Shown: positions 28,343 to 38,348, counted from the first letter of the stretch. The stretch is DNA of 64,000 nt from Caldilineaceae bacterium (GCA_023384455.1 JAHDWH010000004.1:834-64833), one strand, 5' to 3'. The notes: a model not told the origin generated them from the sequence alone. A program made the numbers and translations.

Positions 28343-28408
28343 AGAGACCTGTTTCCTATGGTATGATTGAGCCACAACACCCAGCCGGGCCAGTAGGTAC
28401 GTTTTTTT

Positions 28409-28511
28409 GTACCTGTTCAGCCACCCCACCCGACCCCTCCCCATTCCAGGCAGGGAACTGGATCGACTCCTCCCCCAAAGTGGGGGAGGTTGGGAGGGGG
28501 TGAGCAGTTAC
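28409..28511 (+). mobile_element. MITE family 1, copy C
   Basis: TA-flanked (tgTAcctgttcagcc .. gagcagtTAcg), with the same core as copy A. Confidence 0.75.
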
Positions 28512-28559
28512 GTTTTTTTTCGCGACGATGAGCCAGTGAAAGATTTCACGGCAAAGGAA

Positions 28560-29426
28560 ATGGGTATGACAATTACACGCCAAAAAGAGAAGCCAAATTT
28601 CGAGATAGCGGCTCCCGAACGTGGCGCTACGAATGGTCATCGCGGTGTCGAACAGCCAATCTCCATGCACGGAGTCAATGTATCGGAGGAAGAATATTGG
28701 GAGCGTTACTACGAATATCCCGATGTCAGCTATGAATGGAACAATGGCATCCTGGAGGAGAAACCCTTGCCTGACTATCGCCGCGTTACGATGTATGGGT
28801 GGTTTATGCAGCTCCTGCGTGCCTTTCTGGATGTCAATCCGGTTGCCAAAATGATGTTTCTGGAAACGGGCTTTCGGCTGGCGCTCCCGGACAAGACAAC
28901 CATCCGCAAACCCGATCTTTTTATCATTCGCAACGACAACCCTACCCCCCTCCTCGACAGCGACCTCTCCTACCGGGGCGTCTGCGATCTCTGCGTGGAG
29001 TCCCTCTCCATCTCCAGCCGGCAAGAGATCGAACGGGATACAGTAGTCAAGAAGCGGGAGTACGCCGATATTGGCGTGCGAGAGTATTACATTCTCGACC
29101 CCGACGATAAAACAATTTTCTACCGGCGCAATGAATTCGGAGAGTACGCGGAAATCGAACCGGACGAGGAGGGCGTTCTCCACTCGGCTGTGCTGCCTGG
29201 TTTCCGCTTTCGGGTGGCAGACCTGTATACCACACCGACGCTGGAAGCCCTGGCTGACGACCCGGTCTACCGTAACTTTGTCCTGCTGCAATATCAGGCC
29301 GCAAAACAGCGGGCCGAAGTAGCAGAAGAACGGGCCGAAATGGCGGAGGAACAGGTCGCAGCCGAGAAGGACCGCGCCGACCGCTACGCCGCGCTCTTGC
29401 GCGATTTGGGGGTCACCCCAGAGTAG
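28560..29426 (+). CDS. Uma2-family (DUF820) PD-(D/E)xK endonuclease with a C-terminal coiled coil
   Basis: EYPDVSYEWNNGILEE, KPDLFII, CVESLS and KKREYADIGVREYYILDP. The start was trimmed to the ATG at 28560, after the MITE. Confidence 0.75.
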   Translation: MGMTITRQKEKPNFEIAAPERGATNGHRGVEQPISMHGVNVSEEEYWERYYEYPDVSYEWNNGILEEKPLPDYRRVTMYGWFMQLLRAFLDVNPVAKMMFLETGFRLALPDKTTIRKPDLFIIRNDNPTPLLDSDLSYRGVCDLCVESLSISSRQEIERDTVVKKREYADIGVREYYILDPDDKTIFYRRNEFGEYAEIEPDEEGVLHSAVLPGFRFRVADLYTTPTLEALADDPVYRNFVLLQYQAAKQRAEVAEERAEMAEEQVAAEKDRADRYAALLRDLGVTPE

Positions 29427-29466
29427 CCCCAGAACTGCGCCAATTGCCTAAAACTGGCGGATATCG

Positions 29467-31674
29467 TTACTCCTCTGTCTCCAATAACTCCTCCGCGTCG
29501 GCGCTGTGTACCAGCAACACAGTGCCGATGACGTCGGAGAGTTCAGCCATCCGCTGCCCGTAGAGTTCGCTCTCCTCCTCATTCGGTCGATTCATTCCCA
29601 GAATTGTTAGGTCCGTTTGGCGGCTCTGGTTGTGGAAAGCCTGGGTAATCGGTGTGTCGTCGGGCAGCACAAGCACCACCGGTTCTCCCACCACCCGCAC
29701 GTCGTTGAGCAACTGGCACATATGGTTTTCGGTCTGTGTTCTGCCTTCCTCATTGCCAATCACCCGGATCAGCCGGATGGTGGCCCCCCGCCAGTCCCGA
29801 TGTTGGGCCACAATGTGGGCCAGGAGCAGCATCAGATCCGCGTTGCGGCTGCGCCCCCGCCACCAGACATCAATCGTCTTTTTCTTGCCAAAGCCCGCGT
29901 CTTCGTCCATATGCAAAAAGAGGACTGATTTACGCATCCGCACCAGCACATCCATCAGCAGGAGCTGGGCAGTGCGCCCTTGCGCCGAGCGGCTCCACCC
30001 CAACAGAACAGTATTCGGCTCCAACCCGCCGACGCCGTGGGCCTGGGCCACAATCGCCGCGCCCGTGTAAAAGTCTGGCACAATCTCTGCGGAGGCGAAG
30101 GCGGCCATATGGCGGTCCTGGATGTAGGCGCGAATCTGACGGCGGGCTGTATCACGCAGGCCGCGCCCGGCCAGTTTGCCGATGGTACCCGGCAGCAGTT
30201 GCACAAAGGAGAGAATCCCGCGGCCCATACTCAGCCATTCGGCCATCTGCACCAGCTCTTCCCGGTTGTGGGGCTGGCCAGTAAAGACCAGAATGTTGGG
30301 CCGCCAGTTGCGGATGTGATAGGTCATGCCTTCCAAGTTGAGCAGGGACCAGCGGGCCAGGGTAAACCAGATGCCGTTGCGCACATCGCCCCAGGTGCGG
30401 GTCAGAGTGCGCCGCTGCAGAAGAACGAAGATGCTAAAACTGATGACGATGGCGGCTACCGTCGCCGGAGGGTTGATCAGAAACATTGCGCCATAGCAGC
30501 CCAGCGCGCCCAGAATCGAGACGCTCCAATGAATGTGGAAACGGGGGCGGAAGCTGGGGTTGCCCACCAACCTCTCAATCCCGGCCACCAGATTGGTCAT
30601 GCCATAGGTGTTGAGAAAAAACATTGTGATAATCGGGGCCACAAAATTCAGATCACCAGCCCAGATGACGATGACAGCAATCACCCCGCTGACCAGAACA
30701 GCCAAACGGGGTTCTGTAGGGCTGCCCAATTGGGCCGTAAGCATTCGGGGCAGAACGTCGTCTTTGGCAATGGCTTGCAGGGTGCGGGGCGCGGCCATAA
30801 TGCTGCCCAGGGCAGAAGAAAGCGTAGCCGCCCAGACGCCCAGAAAGATAAGGAAGGGCCAGCGGGCAACATCCCGCATAACGAAGGAATTGTTGATCAG
30901 TTCATCCGGCGTAGCGTGGGTAGAAAACCAATAAATAGCGACGAAATAGACAATCGCAGTGACTACAATGGAGGCAATCGTCCCAACCGGAATACTGTGG
31001 CTGGGATTTTTCAGATCCCCGGACATACTCGTACCCACTTCAATGCCGGTGACAGCCGGGAAGAAGACGGCAAAGACCAGCCAGAAGGTGACATTCGGGG
31101 AGTAGTTGGCGACCAGAGTGGGCGCACCAATAGAATCCCAGCCGCCGGTGAAGAAGGAGATGAGCGCGCCCACCAGAATTGCCAGAATAAAGTACTGGAT
31201 TTTCAGAGCGAAATCGGCGCCGATCCAGGCGATGCCCGCAAAGATAATGACGACAACCGTCGCGATCAGCCGGGGATCGAACTGCTGGAAGAAGGCAACC
31301 GCCTGGATGGATTCGGTAAAACCGATGACGTAAAAAGCGATAGAAATGGCCTGGGAAAGATAGAGGGGAATCCCAATGGCGCCGCCGATCTCCAGCCCCA
31401 GGGTGCGGGAGATGATATAATAGTTGCCCCCGGCCCGCACATTCATACTGGTAGCGATGGCTGAGAGGGAAAGGCCGGTCAGAAAGGAGATGGCATTGGC
31501 GGTGGCGACAATAATCAGCGCGCCGATCAGCCCCGTCTGTCCCACCACCCACCCAGCGCGCAGGAAAAGAATAATGCCGAGAATAGTAAGCACATTGGGC
31601 GTGAAAACGCCGCCAAATGTCCCAAAACGGCCTGTTCCATTGCCCCGCGGTTGTTGTGTTGCTGCGACAGCCAT
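29467..31674 (-). CDS. APC-superfamily / SLC12-like cation-chloride cotransporter homologue with a cytoplasmic C-terminal domain
   Basis: FGTFGGVFTPNVLTILGIILFLR..GW, 12 TM segments plus a soluble tail of about 270 aa. An AAGGAG RBS precedes the ATG at 31674. Confidence 0.8.
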   Translation of the reverse strand: MAVAATQQPRGNGTGRFGTFGGVFTPNVLTILGIILFLRAGWVVGQTGLIGALIIVATANAISFLTGLSLSAIATSMNVRAGGNYYIISRTLGLEIGGAIGIPLYLSQAISIAFYVIGFTESIQAVAFFQQFDPRLIATVVVIIFAGIAWIGADFALKIQYFILAILVGALISFFTGGWDSIGAPTLVANYSPNVTFWLVFAVFFPAVTGIEVGTSMSGDLKNPSHSIPVGTIASIVVTAIVYFVAIYWFSTHATPDELINNSFVMRDVARWPFLIFLGVWAATLSSALGSIMAAPRTLQAIAKDDVLPRMLTAQLGSPTEPRLAVLVSGVIAVIVIWAGDLNFVAPIITMFFLNTYGMTNLVAGIERLVGNPSFRPRFHIHWSVSILGALGCYGAMFLINPPATVAAIVISFSIFVLLQRRTLTRTWGDVRNGIWFTLARWSLLNLEGMTYHIRNWRPNILVFTGQPHNREELVQMAEWLSMGRGILSFVQLLPGTIGKLAGRGLRDTARRQIRAYIQDRHMAAFASAEIVPDFYTGAAIVAQAHGVGGLEPNTVLLGWSRSAQGRTAQLLLMDVLVRMRKSVLFLHMDEDAGFGKKKTIDVWWRGRSRNADLMLLLAHIVAQHRDWRGATIRLIRVIGNEEGRTQTENHMCQLLNDVRVVGEPVVLVLPDDTPITQAFHNQSRQTDLTILGMNRPNEEESELYGQRMAELSDVIGTVLLVHSADAEELLETEE

Positions 31675-31704
31675 ACGACTCTCCTTACGATAAGAACACA
31701 AAGA

Positions 31705-31804
31705 TAACTGCTCACCCTCACACGACCTCCCCCACTTTGGGGAGGAGTCGATCCACTTCCCGCCCTGGAATGGGGAGGGACAGGGTGGGGTGGCTGAACA
31801 GGTA
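31705..31804 (-). mobile_element. MITE family 1, copy D (inverted), 30 nt upstream of the transporter start
   Basis: Its reverse complement aligns end to end with copies A and C. It is flanked by TA. Confidence 0.75.
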
Positions 31805-32147
31805 CACACAAAGGGACAACGCAAAGGGTGTGAATACACGTAGCCCTGGGGTGAATTAGAATCTGCGACACACCAGTTTACTGTATAATCCAAAAAAAAC
31901 GCGAAGTTGGGTAACTGTCTATTTCCGAATAACAGAATACGGGACGCTTGCAGAGCGATTGCCCCGGTGATACAATAGGCCCGCATAGATTGCAGGTGAT
32001 AAGTCTCCCCATGACAACGGGTAATCAGTCCCACCACCCGTCTGATGTTGGCCGGTTGGCATACCCAGGCCCTGAGGTTTGTGAGTCACCGGCTATTTTT
32101 GTTTCGGAGTTTCCGCAATTGGATATGGCCCAAAGGAGGGCAAACAG

Positions 32148-33308
32148 ATGAGCAAGACAAAAAACCGCTTTTCTGCATTGATCGCTGTATTTGTGATTCT
32201 TTCCGTTGTTCTGGCCGGTTGCGCCGCGCCGCCACCGCCGGCTGTGCCCAGCGCTGCTGCGCCAGCCGCCGAGATGAGCGAGATGGACAAGCTGATCGCC
32301 GCGGCCCAGGCCGAAGGCTCGCTGACCACCATCGCCCTGCCCCACGACTGGTGCAACTACGGCGAGTCGATTGAGACATTCAAGGCCAAATATGGCATCG
32401 CCATCAATGAACTGGACCCCAACGCCGGTTCGGGGGATGAGATCGAGGCTGTCAAGGCCAATATGAACAACAAAGGCCCCCAGGCCCCGGATGTGCTGGA
32501 TGTGGGTTTTGGCTTTGGCCCCCAACTGGTGGACGAGAAGCTCTCTATGGCCTACAAAGTCGCCACCTGGGACACCATCCCTGGGGACGCGAAGCACCCG
32601 GACGGTGCGTGGGTGGGTGATTACTACGGCGTGCTCTCCTTCCTGGTCAACACCGATGTTGTGACGAATGTGCCCCAGGACTGGGCCGATCTGCTCAAGC
32701 CCGAATACAAGGGCCAAATTGCCCTGGCCGGCGATCCCCGGGTCTCCAACCAGGCGATTATGGCAGTCTACGCCGCGGCCCTGGCCAACGGCGGCTCCCT
32801 GGACAATGTGCAGCCCGGTCTGGACTTCTTCGCTGAATTGAACGCCGCGGGCAATCTGATCCCGGTTATTTCAAAGGGCGCAACCCTGGCCAAGGGTGAG
32901 ACCCCCATCGTCATTGCCTGGGACTACAACGCCCTCTCCTGGCAGCAGCAGTTTGAAGACAATCCCCGCACGGAAGTGGTCGTGCCCGCCAGCGGTATCA
33001 TCGGCGGCGTCTACATCCAGGCCATCAGCGCCTATGCGCCCCAGCCCAATGCGGCCAAACTGTGGCAGGAATTTCTCTATTCCGACGAAGGCCAGCTCAT
33101 CTGGCTGAAGGGCTTCTGCCACCCGATCCGCTACAACGATCTGGCCGCCCGCAACGTCATCCCCCAGGAGATCGCCGACGCCCTGCCCCCCGCGGACCTC
33201 TACGCCAAAGCCGTCTTCCCGAATCTGGACCAGCTCGCCGCGGCCAAAGAAGCCATCACCACCCAGTGGGATTCGGTGGTGGGTGCAGATGTGAAGGCTT
33301 CGGAGTAG
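32148..33308 (+). CDS. ABC importer substrate-binding lipoprotein (PotD/iron(III)/thiamine-type family 1)
   Basis: Lipobox VVLAGC and an AAAGGAGGG RBS. Confidence 0.8.
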   Translation: MSKTKNRFSALIAVFVILSVVLAGCAAPPPPAVPSAAAPAAEMSEMDKLIAAAQAEGSLTTIALPHDWCNYGESIETFKAKYGIAINELDPNAGSGDEIEAVKANMNNKGPQAPDVLDVGFGFGPQLVDEKLSMAYKVATWDTIPGDAKHPDGAWVGDYYGVLSFLVNTDVVTNVPQDWADLLKPEYKGQIALAGDPRVSNQAIMAVYAAALANGGSLDNVQPGLDFFAELNAAGNLIPVISKGATLAKGETPIVIAWDYNALSWQQQFEDNPRTEVVVPASGIIGGVYIQAISAYAPQPNAAKLWQEFLYSDEGQLIWLKGFCHPIRYNDLAARNVIPQEIADALPPADLYAKAVFPNLDQLAAAKEAITTQWDSVVGADVKASE

Positions 33309-33445
33309 GTGGGAAGGTTGAAGGTTGCAAGTCGAAAGTGGCAGGTGGTCCGTCGGGTGAGTTGATGAGAAACCTGTAGCGTGAGGGATGGGGGCGGTCT
33401 GCGGGCCGCTCCCATCCATAGTTTTTTCAGCAAGGCAATATAAAA

Positions 33446-33736
33446 ATGCAAGAACAAACGAATTTGGTACAAGCCATTTCAGACATCGCTGCGGCTATGC
33501 CGATCACGCGAACGATACAACTTTATGAATTCGCGCGCTTTCTTGAGTCACATCCGTTGCCGATGGAAGAAACATTGGAGGAGATCGCAGCCGATGAAAC
33601 GCTCTGGGAATCACAATTTGCTGCGACCGAAGACGACAAACTGGCTGAGTTGATTGCAGCGGTAGAGGCTGAAATCAGCGAAGGCAAAACTTTCCCAATG
33701 TTTGATATGCAAGGCGAGTTCAACGAGTACAAATGA
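33446..33736 (+). CDS. Small acidic protein, antitoxin-like (DUF2281-like LYEFARFL motif)
   Basis: 96 aa with lower GC than the flanks. Its stop overlaps (ATGA at 33733) a 33-codon ORF that dissolves into CTGCG-type repeats. Confidence 0.45.
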   Translation: MQEQTNLVQAISDIAAAMPITRTIQLYEFARFLESHPLPMEETLEEIAADETLWESQFAATEDDKLAELIAAVEAEISEGKTFPMFDMQGEFNEYK

Positions 33737-33830
33737 AGTCGCAAACGACAGTTGAAATCTGCGAAAATCAATCCTTTCTGCGTCATCTGCGTTCCATCTT
33801 TCATCCCCATCACCGCGCAAGGACTCGCCT

Positions 33831-34700
33831 GTGACAGCGACCCCAATACGCCGTCAACAATTCTCCTGGGCCTGGCTGGGGCTGGTCCCCTTCTTTCTTT
33901 TCGCCCTGGCCTTTTTGATCCTGCCCGCGGCCTCTCTCGTCTCTGGCAGCTTCCAGGACGGCCAGGGCAACTTCACCATCAAAAACTTTTTGGACCTGGC
34001 CCAGCCCAATATCCTCAGCGCCTACCGGCTCAGCATCAGCATCAGCGCGGTGACAGCCATTGGCGGCGCGATCCTCGGCTTTCTGTTGGCCTACGCCACA
34101 ATTCTGGGCGGTCTACCCCGCTGGATGCGGGTCTTTCTGGCGACTTTCTCCGGCGTGGCCTCCAACTTCGCGGGCTTGCCCCTGGCCTTCGCCTTCATCG
34201 CCACATTGGGGCGCACGGGTCTGGTCACAGTTCTGCTCAAGGAACTTCTGGGCATCGATTTATACGATATGGGCTTCAGCCTCTACAGCTTCACCGGCCT
34301 GAGCCTGACGTATATCTATTTTCAGTTTCCCCTGATGGTGCTGGTTATCTCCCCCTCCATCGACGGTCTGCGCAAGGAGTGGCGGGAAGCCGCCGAGAAT
34401 CTGGGCGCGTCCAATTGGGAATACTGGCGCTATGTGGCCTTCCCTGTGTTGCTGCCATCGATTTTGGGAGCGTCGATTCTGCTCTTTGGCAACGCCTTCG
34501 GGGCCTACGCCACAGCCTTTGGGCTGACCGGCGGGCTGCTCAATCTGGTGACAATTGTCATCGGCGCGCAGATTCGGGGGGATGTGCTGCACAATCCGGG
34601 GCTGGGCTATGCCATGGCGATTGGAATGATAGTAATTATGGCAATCAGTCTGAGCGGCTATTCCTGGCTGCAACGGCGCTCGGAAAGGTGGCTGCGGTGA
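33831..34700 (+). CDS. ABC importer permease (PotB-like)
   Basis: Six TM segments and an EAA-like loop REAAENLGASNWEYW. GTG start. Confidence 0.85.
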   Translation: MTATPIRRQQFSWAWLGLVPFFLFALAFLILPAASLVSGSFQDGQGNFTIKNFLDLAQPNILSAYRLSISISAVTAIGGAILGFLLAYATILGGLPRWMRVFLATFSGVASNFAGLPLAFAFIATLGRTGLVTVLLKELLGIDLYDMGFSLYSFTGLSLTYIYFQFPLMVLVISPSIDGLRKEWREAAENLGASNWEYWRYVAFPVLLPSILGASILLFGNAFGAYATAFGLTGGLLNLVTIVIGAQIRGDVLHNPGLGYAMAIGMIVIMAISLSGYSWLQRRSERWLR

Positions 34701-35494
34701 AAAAGCGCGCTTCGTTCTGGGCCTGGCTCTGGATTGGGCTGGGTACACTCTATTTTATACTGCCCCTCTACGCCACCTTCGACTTCTCCCTGCGCGCCAA
34801 ACGGGATGTGTTGAGTCTGCGCGCCTACGAGCGGGTGTTGGAAGACCCCCGTTTTCTGGCGACCTTTGGCTTCTCGGCCCAGGTGGCGGTGGTGACAATT
34901 GTGATGAGTATGCTGCTGATTGTGCCCACCTCCTATTGGGTCCATCTGCGCTTTCCCAAAATGCGCCCAATTGTCGAATTTATCACCCTTCTGCCCTTCG
35001 TCGTCCCGGCGATTATTCTGGTCTTCGGTCTCATCCGCATCTACAGCCGCCCGCCCTTTTTGCTCACCGGCTCGGTCTTTGCCACCAATTTTCTGCTGGT
35101 CTCCGGCTATGTGGTGCTCTCCTTCCCCTATATGTACCGCTCGGTGGACGCAGGGATGCGGGCCATCGATGTGCGCACATTGACCGAAGCGGCCCAAAGC
35201 CTGGGCGCAGGCTGGCCTACAATTTTGTTCCGGGTCATCTTTCCCAATCTGCGCACAGCTCTGCTCAGTGGCGCGTTTTTAACCTTTGCGATTGTGATGG
35301 GCGAATTTACCCTGGCCGTCTTCCTGGCCCGCCCAGCCTTTGGGCCGTATATGGCCCTCATCGGCCAGGACAAAGCCTACGAACCCTCCGCCCTGGCCAT
35401 CCTCAGCTTCGCGATGACCTGGGCCGCAATTGGGATCATCCAGCGCATTGGCCGGGCCTCGCCGGGGCAGGCACAGATGGGTGGGACGCACTAG
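34697..35494 (+). CDS. ABC importer permease (PotC-like)
   Basis: The GTG at 34697 overlaps the upstream stop (GTGA). Loop TEAAQSLGAGWPTILFRV. Confidence 0.85.
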   Translation: MKKRASFWAWLWIGLGTLYFILPLYATFDFSLRAKRDVLSLRAYERVLEDPRFLATFGFSAQVAVVTIVMSMLLIVPTSYWVHLRFPKMRPIVEFITLLPFVVPAIILVFGLIRIYSRPPFLLTGSVFATNFLLVSGYVVLSFPYMYRSVDAGMRAIDVRTLTEAAQSLGAGWPTILFRVIFPNLRTALLSGAFLTFAIVMGEFTLAVFLARPAFGPYMALIGQDKAYEPSALAILSFAMTWAAIGIIQRIGRASPGQAQMGGTH

Positions 35495-35536
35495 TTGCCG
35501 TGATGACTCTCTAAACAAAAACAAGTGGTGGTAGGC

Positions 35537-36094
35537 ATGAATGAATACGAATTTGTTGTACCGTCGGTAGCCTTGCAAAAGTACGGGATGCATCTTACCG
35601 CACAACAAGAAGAATTTAGCATTGCTTATGTACACTCATTGGCATCATCAATGGGATATGGAGTCGAAGAAATTCGTAGGGATGTGGATAGCGTTGATTT
35701 AACAATTCGTCAGTATGGAACGCAGAATGGTTCGACTGTAGACTACCCTATGATCGATAGTCTACGCGTACAAATGAAATGCAGCTACTACTCTGAACCG
35801 AAAGACAATACTCTTGATTTTCAGTTAAAGCGCAAGAACTACAACGATCTAAGCCAAAACACAGTATTTCCCAGAATTTTGGTAGTTCTTCATATTCCAA
35901 GAGATGTAAATACTTGGTTGACCCACGCCGACGATCATATGATTTTGAGACATAATGCCTATTGGATTTCTCTTTACGGGGAGCCGCCAATTCAAGCAGG
36001 TAGTAAGGTCGTAAAGATTCCGCTTTCGCAGCGACTTACTGCTGCAGAATTGCACAGATTAATGAACATCCTGGCCCAGGGGGGACGACCATGA
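35537..36094 (+). CDS. DUF4365-like PD-(D/E)xK (restriction-endonuclease-fold) protein; ORF A of the low-GC cassette
   Basis: QQEEFSIAYVHSLA, RRDVDSVDLTI, then LRVQMKCS (D..D / QxK arrangement). The GTG at 35525 is an alternative start. Confidence 0.65.
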   Translation: MNEYEFVVPSVALQKYGMHLTAQQEEFSIAYVHSLASSMGYGVEEIRRDVDSVDLTIRQYGTQNGSTVDYPMIDSLRVQMKCSYYSEPKDNTLDFQLKRKNYNDLSQNTVFPRILVVLHIPRDVNTWLTHADDHMILRHNAYWISLYGEPPIQAGSKVVKIPLSQRLTAAELHRLMNILAQGGRP

Positions 36095-37254
36095 GAGTTG
36101 ATATCCTGGAACATGAAATCATTGATACAATTGATCCGGGTTTGATCACCCGGTATCTCATATCTCATAATTGGACTAAATTGCCAGATTCTCCTGAGGG
36201 ATTAGAGATTTGGGACAAGGAGTCGGCTGATCACCGACACTTCCGAGTTTGGATTCCCCAAAGCCGCAGGTTTGCGGATTTTGATACAAGTATACTTCGC
36301 GTCGTCAAGACATTAGCACAAGCAGAGGATCGATCCCAATTACAGATAATCGAGGATTTTGAAACCGTTGGCACAGGTGACATTATTCGCGTCAAAACGG
36401 AGGATGACTTTCAACGACATAACGGGACGCTTCCGCTTTTCAACGGTATTGAGCTAATGCATCAAGCCCGCGATATGACAATCGCAGCAGCTCTTTCCAC
36501 TATTGAGCGACGCGAGGTTTATTCTAATCGTCGTCCCAATCAGGTAGTTGATTACATCAAAAGTGTGCGAATGGGGCAATCCGAACGTGGAAGCTATGTC
36601 GTGAAGTTGATCTCGCCTATTGACTCAGCACAATATCAACAGCTTGGTTTGGAAGGGATCGGGCCATCAGAAGCACCACCATTCGAGAGACAGGTTGTAA
36701 TCAATCTTGAGCGTAGTTTGAACGCTCTTTCGTCGGTTGCTAACGATGCATATAAAAGAGGACGGTTTTTCTTTCGGGCATTTCAGGAGGTTGTAGATGA
36801 AGGGATCAGTGCTAACTTATGCGAAGCCATCGCTCCACTTAGAGACCCCAATGAATACTTTCATCCTGTGGAAGTAAACATAAGTTGGTCATACATTATA
36901 CAATCACCTTACACAACGACAAGTTCTGTGGTCTTTCCTGTACAAGTAATGCCCCTTATTGCCGAGGCCGCTCGAGAATTTCGCCAGAAAAACCCTGAAG
37001 ATATTTTTCTTCGGGGATATGTAACAGGTCTCCGGCGGCGTAAGAAGGGTGATCCCAATTCCGTGACATTGGCGGGCAATGTAGACGATCGCCTTAGAAG
37101 TGTGAAAATCACCTTAAGCGAAGAGGCATATGAATTGGCGATTAAGGCACACGAAAATGATTCTGAGGTTTCTGTAATGGGTACGCTTCTCCGACAGGGA
37201 ACTTTTCTAGCCTTGGAAAATCCCACAAATTTCCACATTCGTGACAACGACTAG
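36091..37254 (+). CDS. 387-aa protein with no recognisable family; ORF B of the low-GC cassette
   Basis: ATGA overlap with ORF A and a G-rich RBS. No P-loop, HNH, HEPN, PIN, TIR or SIR2 motif was seen. Confidence 0.7.
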   Translation: MRVDILEHEIIDTIDPGLITRYLISHNWTKLPDSPEGLEIWDKESADHRHFRVWIPQSRRFADFDTSILRVVKTLAQAEDRSQLQIIEDFETVGTGDIIRVKTEDDFQRHNGTLPLFNGIELMHQARDMTIAAALSTIERREVYSNRRPNQVVDYIKSVRMGQSERGSYVVKLISPIDSAQYQQLGLEGIGPSEAPPFERQVVINLERSLNALSSVANDAYKRGRFFFRAFQEVVDEGISANLCEAIAPLRDPNEYFHPVEVNISWSYIIQSPYTTTSSVVFPVQVMPLIAEAAREFRQKNPEDIFLRGYVTGLRRRKKGDPNSVTLAGNVDDRLRSVKITLSEEAYELAIKAHENDSEVSVMGTLLRQGTFLALENPTNFHIRDND

Positions 37255-37301
37255 GGAGATGATCTCGTAGTCCCAGATAACACATTTCATAGCAGGTATC
37301 C

Positions 37302-38348
37302 ATGTCTCTCCTCGAACTCAAAAACATCGCCAAATCTTATCAAAACGCCGTCGCCGTCCGGGACTTCAGCCTGGACGTGGACGAAGGGGAGTTTGTCTCC
37401 TTTCTCGGACCCAGTGGCTGTGGTAAGACGACGACCCTGCGGATGATCGCGGGCTTCGAGCGGTCCGACGGCGGCACGATTCGGCTGGAAGGCAAGGACA
37501 TCACCGAGACGCCGCCCAATCAGCGCAATGTGGGGATGGTCTTCCAGTCCTACGCCCTCTTCCCCAATATGAATGTGGCTCAAAATATCGGCTTTGGGCT
37601 GAAACTGGCCCGCCGCCCCCAGAGCGAGATCACCCGGCGGGTGGCGGAGATGCTGGAGATGATCCATATGGAGGGCTACGGCAACCGCTACCCCTACCAG
37701 ATGTCCGGCGGTCAACAGCAGCGGGTAGCCCTGGCCCGGGCCATCGCCATCCAGCCCCAAGTGTTGCTCCTGGACGAACCTCTCTCCGCGCTGGATGCCA
37801 AAATCCGCGTGGAACTGCGGGAGGAGATTCGCCGTATCCAACACGACCTGAATCTGACGACGATTTACGTGACCCACGACCAGGAGGAGGCGCTCTCCCT
37901 CTCGGACCGGGTGGTGGTGATGAGCGCGGGGGAAGTGGAGCAGATCGGCCCGCCCTTTGAAATTTACAACTACCCCAAGACCGCCTTCACCGCCTCTTTT
38001 ATCGGCCACCTGAACCACTTGACCGTCGATGTGCTGGACAGCGCAACCGGTCGTTTTGCCTGGCAGGGCACAGAAATACGGGTGGAAGAGACCCAGCCCG
38101 TTACAGGCAAGCAGGCCCAGCTCGCCATCCGCCCGGAAGAGATGCGGCTGGGCGGCAACGGCGACAACCGGCTGCCCGGCACAGTGGCGGCCATCTCCTT
38201 CCTCGGCTCGATTGTGCGGGTGAAGGTGGATGTGGGTGGAACGATTCTGGCCGTGGATCTGTTCAGCACACGCAGCCTGACTCTGCCCAAGGGGGGAGAT
38301 GCGGTAGAAATCACATTCTCCTCCCAGGCTTGTTGGGTGGCGGAATAG
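37302..38348 (+). CDS. ABC importer ATP-binding protein (PotA/FbpC-like with a C-terminal TOBE domain)
   Basis: Walker A GPSGCGKTT, signature MSGGQQQRVALAR and Walker B LLLDEPLSALD. Confidence 0.9.
   Translation: MSLLELKNIAKSYQNAVAVRDFSLDVDEGEFVSFLGPSGCGKTTTLRMIAGFERSDGGTIRLEGKDITETPPNQRNVGMVFQSYALFPNMNVAQNIGFGLKLARRPQSEITRRVAEMLEMIHMEGYGNRYPYQMSGGQQQRVALARAIAIQPQVLLLDEPLSALDAKIRVELREEIRRIQHDLNLTTIYVTHDQEEALSLSDRVVVMSAGEVEQIGPPFEIYNYPKTAFTASFIGHLNHLTVDVLDSATGRFAWQGTEIRVEETQPVTGKQAQLAIRPEEMRLGGNGDNRLPGTVAAISFLGSIVRVKVDVGGTILAVDLFSTRSLTLPKGGDAVEITFSSQACWVAE

Noticed and set aside
31675-32037. N-terminal extension of the SLC12-like ORF (track start at 32037). Similar extensions exist for 28407-28559, 22724-22834, 3793-3966, 33752-34696 and 60550-60603.
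   Set aside because: The extensions run through MITE or heptad-repeat DNA, or through an upstream gene. Internal starts with good RBS and the onset of homology were used instead.
35495-37301. Terminal inverted repeats or target-site duplication delimiting the low-GC cassette. Only a weak similarity was seen between GATGACTCTC at 35503 and GATGATCTCG at 37259.
   Set aside because: The match is too short and imperfect to call, and no recombinase is present. The mechanism of insertion remains unknown.
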